A model generated the notes under the pieces. It was not told where the DNA came from. It saw nothing but the letters and a program-made list of their open reading frames with translations, and made no database searches. Below, in pieces: positions 1 through 9,665 of a stretch of DNA of 24,000 nucleotides (position 1 is the stretch's first letter; each line of letters begins with the position of its first letter). This stretch comes from an uncultured Chloroflexia bacterium (GTDB taxonomy: Bacteria; Chloroflexota; Anaerolineae; JAAYZQ01), in NCBI GenBank assembly GCA_963700285.1, contig CAVOXA010000022.1:123665-147664 (forward strand), read 5' to 3'. The position numbers and the translations under genes were made by a program.

Positions 1-336
1 CTGTGCGACCGGATCGCGCTCATCGACAACGGGCGCAACGTGCTCTATGGCGAACTGGCCCAGATCCGGCGCGACCACTCGGGACACGCGCTGCTGGTGC
101 GGGTGGCGGGCGACCTGCCGCCGCTGGCTGGTGTGGAGACCGTGACCCCGCGCAACGGCAGCCTGTACCTGACGCTGGCGGCCGATGCCCGGCCCCAGGA
201 GATCCTGGGGCAGCTCCTGGCCCACACCACCGTCGAGCAGTTCGAGATCGCGGTGCCGACGCTGGATGAGATATTCATTCGCACCGTCGGTCTGCCTCAG
301 ACCTCCGAGGTCGGGGAAGACCTCGGAAGAGCATGA
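1..336 (+). CDS. ABC transporter ATP-binding protein, C-terminal part (5' end outside window)
   Basis: Frame 1 is open from base 1 (LCDRIALIDNGRNVLYGELAQIRRDH...), which reads like the end of an ABC ATPase domain plus a short C-terminal domain. Stop TGA 334-336 overlaps ATG 333. Two ABC-2 permease genes follow. Confidence 0.8.
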   Translation: MCDRIALIDNGRNVLYGELAQIRRDHSGHALLVRVAGDLPPLAGVETVTPRNGSLYLTLAADARPQEILGQLLAHTTVEQFEIAVPTLDEIFIRTVGLPQTSEVGEDLGRA

Positions 337-347
337 CGGGAGGCACC

Positions 348-1544
348 ATGTCTAAAATATGGCTGATTGCCCGCCATCACTTTCGCCAGGAGACGGGAAA
401 GCGGACTTTTCTGCTGGTGCTGTTCAGCCTGCCGCTGTTCCTGGCCCTGACCATAGGCATGGGCTTTCTGTTCTCCAGACTGGAGCGGGAGCAGGTGGTG
501 CTGGGTTACGTGGACCAGGCCGGACTGCTGGCGCAGATTCCGCCGGCTGAGTCCGATGACGAGGTCCGGCTGGTGCCCTACGACGGGCGTGAAGAGGCCC
601 GCGAGGCCCTGGAGGCCGGGCAGATCGGCGCTTTCTATGTGCTGCCTCCGGATTTTGGGGGCCAGGCCGAGCTGGTTTATTACGAAGCGCCGCCCAACGC
701 GGCCGTACGCCGTTTTGAGGATGCCGTGAGGCTGAACCTGCTGGTCGGGCAGTCACCAGAGGTGGCGGCGCGGCTGATGTCCCGTCCCAGGGTGACCGTC
801 CGGGCAGTGGAGGCCAACCGCGAGTACGCCGGCGGGGGTCCCAACGCCGGGGATTTTGTGCCCCTGGTGGCCGCGGCCATTTTTAGTTTCCTGGTACTGA
901 CGACGTCGGGCTACATGATGGCTGTGGTCGTGACAGAAAAGGAAAACAGGACCATGGAGGTGGTGATTACCTCGGTGTCGCCGGGCCAGATGATGGCCGG
1001 CAAGCTGCTGGGCGCCCTGGGCATCGCCGCCCTGCAACTGGCGGTGTGGCTGGCCTTTCTGGTCCTGGCGCTGCTGCTGGGCCGGGTTATCCTTCACCTG
1101 GACTGGCTGCAAGGCGTGGCCGCAAGCTGGCGCAGCGTGCTTTCCATCGTGATCGTGGCCATTCCCTTTTACTTTTGCATCGCCGCGCTGATGACGCTGG
1201 TGGGCACCATGCTGTCCGACAGCCAGGAGGCCAACCAGGCCGGCGGGCTCTTTTTCATCCCGCTCTTCCTGCCCTTCTACCTGATCCTGCCGCTGGCCGC
1301 GAACCCCAACGGGCCGCTGGCGCTGGCGCTGAGCCTTTTCCCGGTGACGTCGGTGATGACCCTGGCCATACGCAGCCTGTTCATCGAGATCCCGGCCTGG
1401 CAGGTAGCGGCCGCGGCAGGCATCGCCCTGGCCTGCGGCGCGGTTCTGGTGTGGCTGACGGGTAAGGCGCTGCGCATGGGCATGTTACGCTACGGCAAGC
1501 GACTCAGGCTGCGCGAGCTCTTGGGGCGTACCGCTGTGGCTTGA
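348..1544 (+). CDS. ABC-2 family transporter permease (NatB/YhaP-like)
   Basis: N-terminal TM helix, ~150-aa extracytoplasmic loop, then 5 TM helices with the EKENRTMEVVITSVSP motif typical of ABC2_membrane_3 proteins. GGGAGG at 338-343 favours ATG 348 over the ATGA-overlapping ATG 333. Confidence 0.8.
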   Translation: MSKIWLIARHHFRQETGKRTFLLVLFSLPLFLALTIGMGFLFSRLEREQVVLGYVDQAGLLAQIPPAESDDEVRLVPYDGREEAREALEAGQIGAFYVLPPDFGGQAELVYYEAPPNAAVRRFEDAVRLNLLVGQSPEVAARLMSRPRVTVRAVEANREYAGGGPNAGDFVPLVAAAIFSFLVLTTSGYMMAVVVTEKENRTMEVVITSVSPGQMMAGKLLGALGIAALQLAVWLAFLVLALLLGRVILHLDWLQGVAASWRSVLSIVIVAIPFYFCIAALMTLVGTMLSDSQEANQAGGLFFIPLFLPFYLILPLAANPNGPLALALSLFPVTSVMTLAIRSLFIEIPAWQVAAAAGIALACGAVLVWLTGKALRMGMLRYGKRLRLRELLGRTAVA

Positions 1545-1556
1545 GGCGCCACTCGC

Positions 1557-1684
1557 TCAATTGCTCTTGCTGAACCACAGTCAACCGGCGGACTGTGGTC
1601 CGCCGGAAGCGAGCTATCATGCGAGCAAGCTATCATGCAAGCGAGCTATGAATCAATTGCTCCTGCTGGACCACAGTCCAGCAG
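1557..1684 (+). repeat. Structured intergenic repeat block between the two permease genes
   Basis: 26-nt direct repeat tcaattgctcYtgctgRaccacagtc at 1557-1582 and 1653-1678 (24/26). Three tandem 16-mers (aagcgagctatcatgc-like) at 1607-1654. 9-bp-stem hairpins at 1585-1606 and 1663-1684. An alternative pairing 1574-1582/1591-1599 excludes the first hairpin. Confidence 0.7.
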
Positions 1685-1722
1685 GTCGTCTGACGGAAGT
1701 TGGCTGTGTACGTGGAGGACCG

Positions 1723-2964
1723 ATGAAAAAGACATGGTTGGTGATGTGGCACGAGATCCGGGCCACACTGCGGCGAAAAACCTTTCTGATCCTGGCCCTG
1801 GGATTGCCGGTGGGGCTGGCCGTCGTGGCCTTGGTGATGATGGCCATCAACCGGGACGCGGCGCCGGCGACGGACGCCCTGGCCGGGATGGCCGACGCCG
1901 CCAGCGCCGGGCAGGCGGCCGAGGGTTACGTCGATGAGGGCAACTTGATCCGGGTCCTGCCACCCGATATCCCCCCGGGCCGGCTCAGCGAATACGCGGA
2001 CGAGGCCGCGGCGCTGGCGGGGTTGGAGGCGGGCGAGATCGAGGGCTACTATGTCCTTCCGGCCGGCTATCTGCAGAGCGGCGAAATCACCTACGTGCGG
2101 CAGGAGTACAACCCGCTGGCGGGCGGGGCCGGCGGCCAGGCGTTCGAGTGGGTGCTGGTCTACAACCTGGCCGGCGATGACGAGCTGGCCGCCCGGATCC
2201 GCCAGCCCCTGGACGTCAAGGTGACGGCGCTGGCTCCCGTCGATCCGGAGGCGGCGGAGGACAACTGGTTCGTCGCGCTCTTCCCGACCATGATGGCCCT
2301 GATCCTGTACATGGCCATCCTGATCCCCTCCAGCACGCTGATCAGCGCCGTGACGGATGAGAAAAAGAACCGCGTCATGGAGGTGTTGCTCTCATCGCTG
2401 TCGTCGCTGCAGATCGTCAGCGGCAAGGTCCTGGCCCTGGGGCTGCTGGGCTTGCTGCAGTTGGGCCTGTGGGTGGGCGTCCTGGTCCTGGTGATGCGTT
2501 TTGGCGGGCGTCCTCTCGACATCCCGCCCGGCACCGATGTGCCCACCGGACTGTTGGCCTGGGCCTTTGTCTATGGCCTGCTGGGCTATGCCATCTATGG
2601 CGCTCAGATGGCCGGCGTCGGGGCGCTGGCGCCCGACGTCAAGGACAGCCGCAGCGTCACCTTTGTGGTCATGGCGCCGCTCATCGTCGTCTATATGTTC
2701 CTGGTGGTCATTGTGATGGCGCCCGACGGCCCGGTGGCCCTGTTCATGAGCTTCTTCCCCCTGACTTCGCCGGTGGCCATGATCGCCCGCATGACGCAGA
2801 TCGACGTGCCCCTGTGGCAGGCGCTGCTGGCCGCGGTCCTGCAACTGCTGACCGCCATCCTGATCGTGCGCCTGGCGGCCCGTCTCTTCCGGGCCCAGTA
2901 CCTGCTGTCGGGCCGGGCTTTTTCGGTGGTGGGTTTCTATCGGACGCTGCTGGGGAGGGCGTAG
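1723..2964 (+). CDS. ABC-2 family transporter permease (second, paralogous)
   Basis: Same architecture as 348..1544 (TM, loop, 5 TM) with the DEKKNRVMEVLLSSLS motif. ATG 1723 is preceded by GGAGG (1714-1718). The longer TTG 1561 start would read through the repeat block. Confidence 0.8.
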   Translation: MKKTWLVMWHEIRATLRRKTFLILALGLPVGLAVVALVMMAINRDAAPATDALAGMADAASAGQAAEGYVDEGNLIRVLPPDIPPGRLSEYADEAAALAGLEAGEIEGYYVLPAGYLQSGEITYVRQEYNPLAGGAGGQAFEWVLVYNLAGDDELAARIRQPLDVKVTALAPVDPEAAEDNWFVALFPTMMALILYMAILIPSSTLISAVTDEKKNRVMEVLLSSLSSLQIVSGKVLALGLLGLLQLGLWVGVLVLVMRFGGRPLDIPPGTDVPTGLLAWAFVYGLLGYAIYGAQMAGVGALAPDVKDSRSVTFVVMAPLIVVYMFLVVIVMAPDGPVALFMSFFPLTSPVAMIARMTQIDVPLWQALLAAVLQLLTAILIVRLAARLFRAQYLLSGRAFSVVGFYRTLLGRA

Positions 2965-3083
2965 AGGGGCTGTACCTCCCCATAATTGGCCAACTCAAAA
3001 GACTTCCGAGGTTGCGGAAAACCCCGGAAGCCTTGCCGTTTGAGCGGGCTTGACTCCCTGCTAGACCTGACAGGTCTGCCTTG

Positions 3084-3106
3084 GACCTGTCAGGTCTGTC
3101 TTTTTT
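3084..3106 (+). terminator. Rho-independent terminator candidate
   Basis: GACCTG-T-CAGGTC palindrome (3084-3096) followed by tgtcTTTTTT (T-run 3101-3106). A near-identical palindrome AGACCTGACAGGTCT lies at 3063-3077. Confidence 0.5.
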
Positions 3107-3249
3107 GGTGCCGCGAACGACTCAAGTAGGGGCTGTACCAAACCTCGGGGGTCGAAGCCAGACCCCCGAGGTCAAGTTCCGGACGCGCGAACCTCCCAGC
3201 CAGTGTCAGGTTGCCGGGAGGATCGGGTCGCCAATTGCCTGGCGTTTTG

Positions 3250-3258
3250 TGCTATGAT
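3250..3258 (+). promoter_or_regulatory. Extended -10 promoter candidate (TGcTATGAT)
   Basis: TGC-TATGAT at 3250-3258 in a gene-poor, lower-GC stretch. No good -35. Would give a ~315-nt leader before ATG 3581. Confidence 0.25.
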
Positions 3259-3580
3259 GCGCTTGAGACAGTGGATGACAAAGGGCCGGCATTCGCCGGC
3301 GGCGCAGAGCCTGCCCAAGATAGGCCATCTGACCAACAAAAGATTGGCCGGATGGCGGATGCCGTCCTGCAACATTCGTGCTAGACTGGGTTAGACTTGG
3401 CGGGGCCCGTCAGGTCTAGCGGCGTGCTGGGGGGAGACTTTCGGGCTGCGATCGGGTTCGGGGGCTCACGGGCTGCCGGACCCGGGCGGAAGGGTTCGGG
3501 TTCCGAGAGCGTACCTGAGTAGGCCCGGCAGCAGCCGCGGCGGACCAGCGGGCAGCCCGGGCCTGAAGGGAGCCAGCAAC

Positions 3581-3787
3581 ATGCGAACGGGTGCAGAGGA
3601 CCAGGAAAAGGAGAGCGGCATCGGGACCAGGATCCTCCTTGGGGCTGCCCGGGGACTGATCCTTGGTACAGCGCTGGGCGTGGCGCTGGGCGGCGTGCTG
3701 GACAGCATGGCCCTGGGTATGGCCGCCGGCGCGGGCGTCGGGATCACCATCGGACTCGCGCTTACCTTCGGGCTGGACCGCCAGTGA
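3581..3787 (+). CDS. Small glycine-zipper membrane protein
   Basis: AAGGGAG SD 7 nt upstream of the ATG. 68 aa with GxxxG/AxxxG-rich hydrophobic core (LGAARGLILGTALGVALGGVLDSMALGMAAGAGVGITIGLAL). Confidence 0.5.
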   Translation: MRTGAEDQEKESGIGTRILLGAARGLILGTALGVALGGVLDSMALGMAAGAGVGITIGLALTFGLDRQ

Positions 3788-3825
3788 CTGCTGGCGCCTT
3801 GCTGGTCTCTGCTCTCCCCCTGCTC

Positions 3826-3848
3826 GCAACCGGTCCGTGACCGGTTGC
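3826..3848 (+). terminator. Perfect 10-bp hairpin after the small ORF
   Basis: GCAACCGGTC-cgt-GACCGGTTGC. No T-run. Confidence 0.35.
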
Positions 3849-3971
3849 ACGGTCATGGTACAGCCAGAAAGCGCTTGGTCAGGGAGCATGCCTGAGCGGG
3901 CAGAAGCCCTGGTTCTCTTGCGTAAGAGGTCGCAACACTGGGAGGCAAGATTGGACCGAGAAAAGCATGAT

Positions 3972-4160
3972 ATGGAGCGTGGGAACGGAAACCGGATGTC
4001 CATTGGCATCTCTATGGGCATACCCATCGGGGTTGTCCTGGGCATCTTTTTTGGTGCCGCCATGGACAGCCCGGGCCAGGGTCATGCCATTGGCATCGCA
4101 GTAGGTCTGGCGATTGGCACTGCTATTGGCGCAGCGCTGGAAAGCCGAAAGAGAGGATAG
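3972..4160 (+). CDS. Small glycine-zipper membrane protein (second copy)
   Basis: MERGNGNRMSIGISMGIPIGVVLGIFFGAAMDSPGQGHAIGIAVGLAIGTAIGAALESRKRG. Same type of Gly-zipper as 3581..3787. Start could be ATG 3996. Weak SD. Confidence 0.4.
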   Translation: MERGNGNRMSIGISMGIPIGVVLGIFFGAAMDSPGQGHAIGIAVGLAIGTAIGAALESRKRG

Positions 4161-6894
4161 GTGAGGCGTAAGGTGAAGAACGTAATCGTGGTACTCTGTG
4201 TACTGGTTCTAGTGGTCGCAGCCTGCGGCCCGTCGGGCGGGGACGAGAGCCCATCGCCGGCCGTCGAACCGGCGACTGAGGCGGCGAAAGTGCCGGTCCC
4301 GGCGACCGCCGAACCGGCCGTGGAAGGGGAGCGAACCACCGTTCGCTTTGCGATCACGGATTGGGATCGCCCCCTGTACGAGAGCCTGATCGAAGCCTTT
4401 GAAGAGGAAAACCCCGACCTGCACGTGCAGGTGGTGTCGGCCAACGAGGTACTGGAACTGGGCCCCATTGGCCAGATCGACATACCCGAGGACGCGGACC
4501 AGCGCCTGGTGGCCGCCGCCGACGTGGTCGAGGTGAACGTCACGCGCGAGGCCGTGGACCAGGGCCTGATCCGGGATCTTTCGCCGTTCCTCGACATCGA
4601 TCCCGGCTCTCAGGCCAGTGACTTTTATCCCGGCGCGCTGGAGCGGGTCCAGTGGGCCGGTGGCACCTGGGCGCTGCCGATGACGCTCAACTACCGTCTC
4701 ATCTTTTTCGACAAGGATGCTTTTGACGCGGCGGGCGTGCCCTATCCCGAAGCGGGCTGGTCGTGGGACGACCTGCAGGCCAAGGCCGAGGCGCTGACCG
4801 TGGGCGAGGGCGACGGGGTTGAGCGCTGGGGTTTCGTCCCCGGTGGGCTGGCCCACTGGATCATCCGCAGTCTGGCGGGCCCGCTGGCCGACGATGATGC
4901 CGAGCCGCCGCTCCCCCGTTTCGATGAGCCTGGCGTGATCGAGGCGGTGGATTGGTACGCCGACCTGCACCGCGAGGCGCAGGCGATGCCCTTCTTTGAG
5001 GCGGAGGAGGATGGGGACGGCGGGCTGCAGCTTTCGGAGCAGCAGGCCCTGATCGACAAGGGGCAGGCCGCCATGTGGGCCGAGACGGACCTGTCCTGGT
5101 GGCTGCGGTCGCAGCAACTCAACGTGGGTGTCGTGCCCTTCCCGTCCGGCACGCCGGAGGAAGCGACGACGCCCGTTTCGGCCAGCAGTCTGGCCATGAG
5201 CGCGGGGACGCAGCAACCGCAAGCGGCCTGGCGCTGGATGGAATACCTCAGCCGCCAGTCGCCACCCGGCCTGGCCCTTGGGATCAAGTTCCTGCCCGCC
5301 CGCCGGTCGACGGCGACGGCGAGCGGCTTCTGGGATGACCTGGATGCCGAGTATGCGGAGGCCCTGCGTTACGCCATCGACCACAGCTACACCATGACCC
5401 CGCCCGTGGCCTACGATGCCTTTGAGGAGGCGCTGGTGGCCGTCCTCAGCGGCGAGCAGCCGGCCGACGCAGCGCTGGCCGCGGCCCAGGAACGGGCCGA
5501 GACCGAGATCCTGGGTGCGACCACAGCCGGGACCACGCCTGTGCCTACCTTTGTCGTCGCCCCCGCCGAGGAAGAACCGCAAGCCGAAGGGGCCATGACC
5601 GTCACCTTTGTGCCTGGCCTGGGCTCGTTTAACCTGGAGCCCTACCGCGCTCTGGCCGATCAGTTTCACGGCGAGCATCCTGACATCGTCGTGGAGGTCA
5701 AGACCCTCGATTTCGCCGGGGGCGCGCCGGGCCTGAAGCGTATGGCCGCCAGCAGCGACTGCTTCGAGTGGTTCCCCAGCTTTGCCGATCCCGAGAACCG
5801 GGAAGCGATCCTGAACCTCAGCCCCCTGGCCGACGCCGATCCCGCCTTCACGACGGAGGACTATTATCCCGCGGTGCTGGAAGAGTTCACCTGGGAGGGG
5901 CAGCTCTGGGGCCTGCCGTCCGACATCACGCCCTTTGTCATCGAATACAACAAGGCGCTTTTCGAAGCCGAGGGCGTTGAGGAGCCGGCGGCCGGCTGGA
6001 CCTGGGACGACTTTTTGGCCGCGGCCGTGGCGCTGACCGGAGAAGAAGGGGAGAGCCAGCAGTACGGCTTTGTGGCCCAGGTCTACGAGCTCAACGACCT
6101 GCTGCTCATCGCCGAGCGGCTGGGGGCCAAGCTGCTGGATGACTCGGTTGATCCGCCCACCTTCTCCTTCACCGACCCGGAGACCGTCAAGGCCGTGCGC
6201 TGGTACGCGGCCCTGACCACCGAACACGGCGTCAAGCCGGTCTTTGTCACCGATCTGACCAACCTGCTGGGGGCCAGCTCGGCCTATATGGAGCGGCAGG
6301 GCCTCATCGACGAGGGGCTGGCGGGGATGTGGACCTCGTCGGTGGACTCGGTCCTTCTCTTTGGCGTGCGCAAGGACCCCAACGTGGGCGCGGTGCCCCT
6401 GCCCGCCCGGGCTGACGGCGGGGGCAGCGGCAGTTACCTCGCGGCCAGCGGTTACTTTATCTCGGCCGGCACGGAGGGCCGCGAGGCGTGCTGGCAGTGG
6501 ATCACCTACCTCAACGGGCAGCCCGGCGCCGTGCTGGGCCTTCCCGCCCGGCGCTCGCTGGCCGAGTCCGACGCCTTCCGGAATCAGGTGGGTCGCGGAC
6601 CGGGCCGACGCCTTCCTGGCCGCCATCGGCGACGCCAGGCAGCCGTCGGCCTTCCAGGCCCTCAACCAGGAACCGTGGCTGGGCACCGCCATGCTCTGGT
6701 TGGGGCAGGCCTTCGGCCAGATCGTCGAGGGCGAGGCCAGTGTGGAGGATGCGCTGGACGGGGCGCAGAGGCTGGCCGAGGACTATCGGGCTTGCCTGAT
6801 CGGCAAGGACGACTTTTCCGAGCAATCCGCCCGCTCCTGCGCCCAGGAGATGGATCCCTCTCTGCCTGACTTCCTGTTCGCCACAGGTGAGTAG
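4161..6894 (+). CDS. Lipoprotein with two tandem family-1 extracellular solute-binding domains (apparent +1 frameshift near 6591-6596)
   Basis: Signal peptide with lipobox LVVAAC. Domain 1 starts at TTVRFAITDWDRPLYESLIEAFEEENPDLHVQVV, domain 2 at MTVTFVPGLGSFNLEPYRALADQFHGEHPDIVVEV. Both end with LPARRS...A. After ...SDAFRNQVG the sensible sequence continues in the +1 frame (ADRADAFLAAIGDARQP...ATGE, stop 6892-6894). Confidence 0.75.
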
Positions 6895-6907
6895 CCCTCA
6901 CAATCCG

Positions 6908-6939
6908 GACCTGCCAGGTTTTCCGAAACCTGGCAGGTC
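6908..6939. terminator. Perfect 14-bp hairpin between convergent genes
   Basis: GACCTGCCAGGTTT-tccg-AAACCTGGCAGGTC, located between the + strand SBP gene and the - strand M24 gene. Confidence 0.6.
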
Positions 6940-6990
6940 TGCTGCGGGCAATACGAGACAGCGCTTCTCCTACTTCCTTGCCGTGGGGCG

Positions 6991-8163
6991 CTAAATAACC
7001 TCAATGGGGATATAGGGCTCGCGCCAGTCCTTCCAACAGCCCACGAGCCGGCAGCCTGTTTCGGTGACAAGGACAGTGTCTTTGGAACAGAGCAGTTCTC
7101 CGTCCGGCCCGCGGACCCACGGCGTGAGGACCAGGACCATGCCCGGCTTGAGTTCGGTGTGATCGTCAGCGGCCAGGTAGGGCGCCTCGTCTGTGGCGAC
7201 GCCGATGCCGTGGCCCGCGCCAAGCTGGCTGACAGAATCAATACCGCCCGCCTTGGCCGCGTCCAGCGCGGCGCGAAAGACCGTGCTGCACAACACGCCA
7301 GGCTTGATGCTCCCCAGGAGGGCGTCCCTGAGGGTCACCAGTTCCTCGCAGGCCGCTGCCTGCTCCGGCGTGGGCTGGCCCATGACCAGGATTCTGCCGG
7401 CATCGGACCAATAGCCGTCGCGGGTAGCCCGCATGCCCAGCCGTACCATCTGGCCCGGCGCCAGCTTTTCGGTGCTGCTGTAGCCATGGTTCAAGCCGTG
7501 GAGGGGACACAGGGGCCACAGCTTCCGGGCCGCCGGTCCCCCAGCAACCTGGGCAACGCTGTGATAGCCTGTCTCGACGAGCCCCCGCTCCAGGCAGTGG
7601 ACGCGGATCTGCTCCGATTCCGTCAGTTGGGTACGCGGTGAGGCTACGACGACGTGGTGGAGCGAGCCGTTGATGCCATGGTCGGTAGTGTAGGCCACGT
7701 CCTCCAGAATTGCCATCTCCGGGCCCGTCTTGCGCATGCGGAGGCTCCGGAGCCATTCATCACAGGCCACCAGCTTTGTCTCCGGCAGGGCCTGTTCCAA
7801 TGCCTCAAAGAGGTCACAGGGCGCGCGATGCGTGTCGATGCCGATGGTGCATGGTCCCTCGACCAGGCTGGCCACGGCCGTCACGGCGCCGCGAGGATCG
7901 TCGCCGCTGGGGACGTAGGCAATCGTCCGATCGATGCGGCCCAGGTGGCGGACGGTACTCTCCAGTTCAGGGGGGCAGACGAGCGTGGGCGCGCCCTCTT
8001 GGGGCCAGAAGAGCATCAGGCGCTGATCGGGCCGGTAGGGGAGAAAGGGCAGTTGCACGCCCGACAGGTACTGGACATTGTCCGCGCCGGTGAGCAGGAG
8101 GGCATCATAGCTGGAGCCCTGCAAGGCGGCTTGGAGCTTTTCTGTAATGCCTGGATCTACCAT
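6991..8163 (-). CDS. M24 family protein (creatinase / Xaa-Pro aminopeptidase-like), paralogue 1
   Basis: 390 aa. Creatinase-N-like N-terminal domain plus pita-bread domain (GYWSDAGR, GAGHGIGV..DEAPYL, DTVLVTETG). AGAGAGGGA SD before ATG 8163. Confidence 0.8.
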   Translation of the reverse strand: MVDPGITEKLQAALQGSSYDALLLTGADNVQYLSGVQLPFLPYRPDQRLMLFWPQEGAPTLVCPPELESTVRHLGRIDRTIAYVPSGDDPRGAVTAVASLVEGPCTIGIDTHRAPCDLFEALEQALPETKLVACDEWLRSLRMRKTGPEMAILEDVAYTTDHGINGSLHHVVVASPRTQLTESEQIRVHCLERGLVETGYHSVAQVAGGPAARKLWPLCPLHGLNHGYSSTEKLAPGQMVRLGMRATRDGYWSDAGRILVMGQPTPEQAAACEELVTLRDALLGSIKPGVLCSTVFRAALDAAKAGGIDSVSQLGAGHGIGVATDEAPYLAADDHTELKPGMVLVLTPWVRGPDGELLCSKDTVLVTETGCRLVGCWKDWREPYIPIEVI

Positions 8164-8261
8164 CGGTTCCCTCTCTTTGACCTGAAGCTCGCAGTTTAAT
8201 TCTATATGACTGAAACAGTCTGAGCATTCTCAGCTGAGGGAACGGCTTCTCCTGTTAGGTG

Positions 8262-8303
8262 GAGATTCTTCGCCTCCGCTACGCTCCGGCTCAGAATGAC
8301 CTG
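8262..8303. repeat. Short dispersed-repeat-like element (gagattcttcg...gctcagaatgacctg)
   Basis: Ends resemble the ...cgcaatgacagg arm at 10262-10276. A perfect palindrome CTCAGCTGAG lies nearby at 8229-8238. Confidence 0.35.
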
Positions 8304-8418
8304 TTTCTAGGAGCTTGGGCTGATACCTGTTCAGCCGAGTTCTACTACCGGTTTGAGTTGTCAAAAAGCGTAAGCGCCGACTATGTACCTTTGCTCGCTT
8401 TATGCTACGACCAGCCCA

Positions 8419-9580
8419 CTATCCATGCCTGGCCGTGACGCCAACCACGGCGTAGAGGCGATCCCAGTTCCGGTACCAGCTCAGGAGCCGGGGGCCTTGG
8501 TCTCCGACGACAAAGGTATCCACGGAGCGGATCAGCTCCTGGTGGGGCCCGTAGGTCAGGATGTCCAGGGCCAGGACCATGCCAGGCCGGAGCTGCGTGA
8601 GGTCGTGGCCGTCCAGATAGGGCGCTTCCCGTTCGCTCGTGCCCACGCCGTGCCCGATGCCGGCGCCTTTCAGGAGGCGGATGCCCTCCCTGTCCGCCAT
8701 GGCTGCGACCGCGCCAAAGACATCCTGGCCGGTCACACCCGGGCGGAGCTTTTCAATGGCGACGGTTTTGAGGGATAGGTTCTCGCGATATGCCTGTCGT
8801 TCTGCCTCGGTAGGCTGGCCGATGGATACGGTGCGACCCGCGCTGGACCAGTAGCCCCGGTACTCGTTGGTCAGGTCGAAGCGCAGCAGGTTCCCCTCGG
8901 CGAGACTGCCATGGGGCGCGACGTGGTAGTGCTGGGCGTCGGTTCCCTGTACGGCGCCAAGGTGGCCGGTTGCCGAACCGCCAAACTCGCCCACGTGGAC
9001 GCGCACCCGTTCCGCGGCCTCGGCCAGGCTGTAGCTCACGGCATCCACCGTTCCCTCGGTGTGGTTCAGGGCGGAAACGATGCCCCGGTCGGCTTGGCGG
9101 GCTGCCTGCTCCAGGAGATGCTGTTCGGCGGAGGTCTTGACGATTCGCAGCGCCCGGAGCATCTCGTCGCAAGCCTGCCACCGCACGCCGGGCAGGGCCT
9201 GTCTCAGCGCGTCCATGATGGCCACGGGCATCCGGGAGGCATCAAAGCCGATGCGGGCCTGTGACAGGCCCATGTCCGAGATGGCCTTGGTTGTCGCGGA
9301 GAGCAGGGCCGCGTAGGGCTTGCCCGCGGGGTAGCTGACCAGGTCACCCGTGCCAGCCCTGGTCGCGGATGGCCCCCGACCAGCCAAAGGGGGTCACGAT
9401 GCGGGCGCCGCTCCCCTTTGGAACCAGGGCGAGCGCCCTGTGGTCCGGATAGTTGGGAGCAAAGGGCAGCACGGTCCGGGTGAGGTAGGTCAAGTTGTCG
9501 GGCCCGATGGTCAGAAGCGCATCGTACCCATGGCGCTCCATGGCCTGCTGTAGCTTGGTCTGTCGTTCGTCCATTGACAT
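8419..9580 (-). CDS. M24 family protein, paralogue 2 (apparent +1 frameshift near 9350)
   Basis: N-terminal ORF 9344..9580 (MSMDERQTKLQQAMERHGYDALL...) aligns with the N-terminus of paralogue 1. The remainder (..GDLVSYPAGKPYAALL...GIGHGVG..EREAPYL) is ORF 8419..9387 in the +1 frame. AGGAGA SD before ATG 9580. Confidence 0.75.
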
Positions 9581-9665
9581 GCCTGTCTCCTATGGTGAGT
9601 CACGGCGATCGGGTCTGCCCGAGCCATCCGGTCAGGTCAGATTGTACCACAGGTTGGTGTGGGCC

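Noticed and set aside
3172-3394. ORFs 3172..3375 (-) and 3203..3394 (+)
   Set aside because: They overlap each other antisense, and have no SD, no motif and unconvincing composition. The region is treated as non-coding.
3416-4063. 215-aa minus-strand ORF spanning the glycine-zipper gene region
   Set aside because: It is a low-complexity Arg/Pro/Ala translation, whereas the + strand small ORFs have SD sites and coherent membrane-protein sequence.
4209-6692. 827-aa ORF on the minus strand
   Set aside because: It lies antisense to the solute-binding lipoprotein gene and is Arg/Gly/Pro-rich low-complexity sequence with no recognisable motif. This is a typical high-GC shadow ORF.
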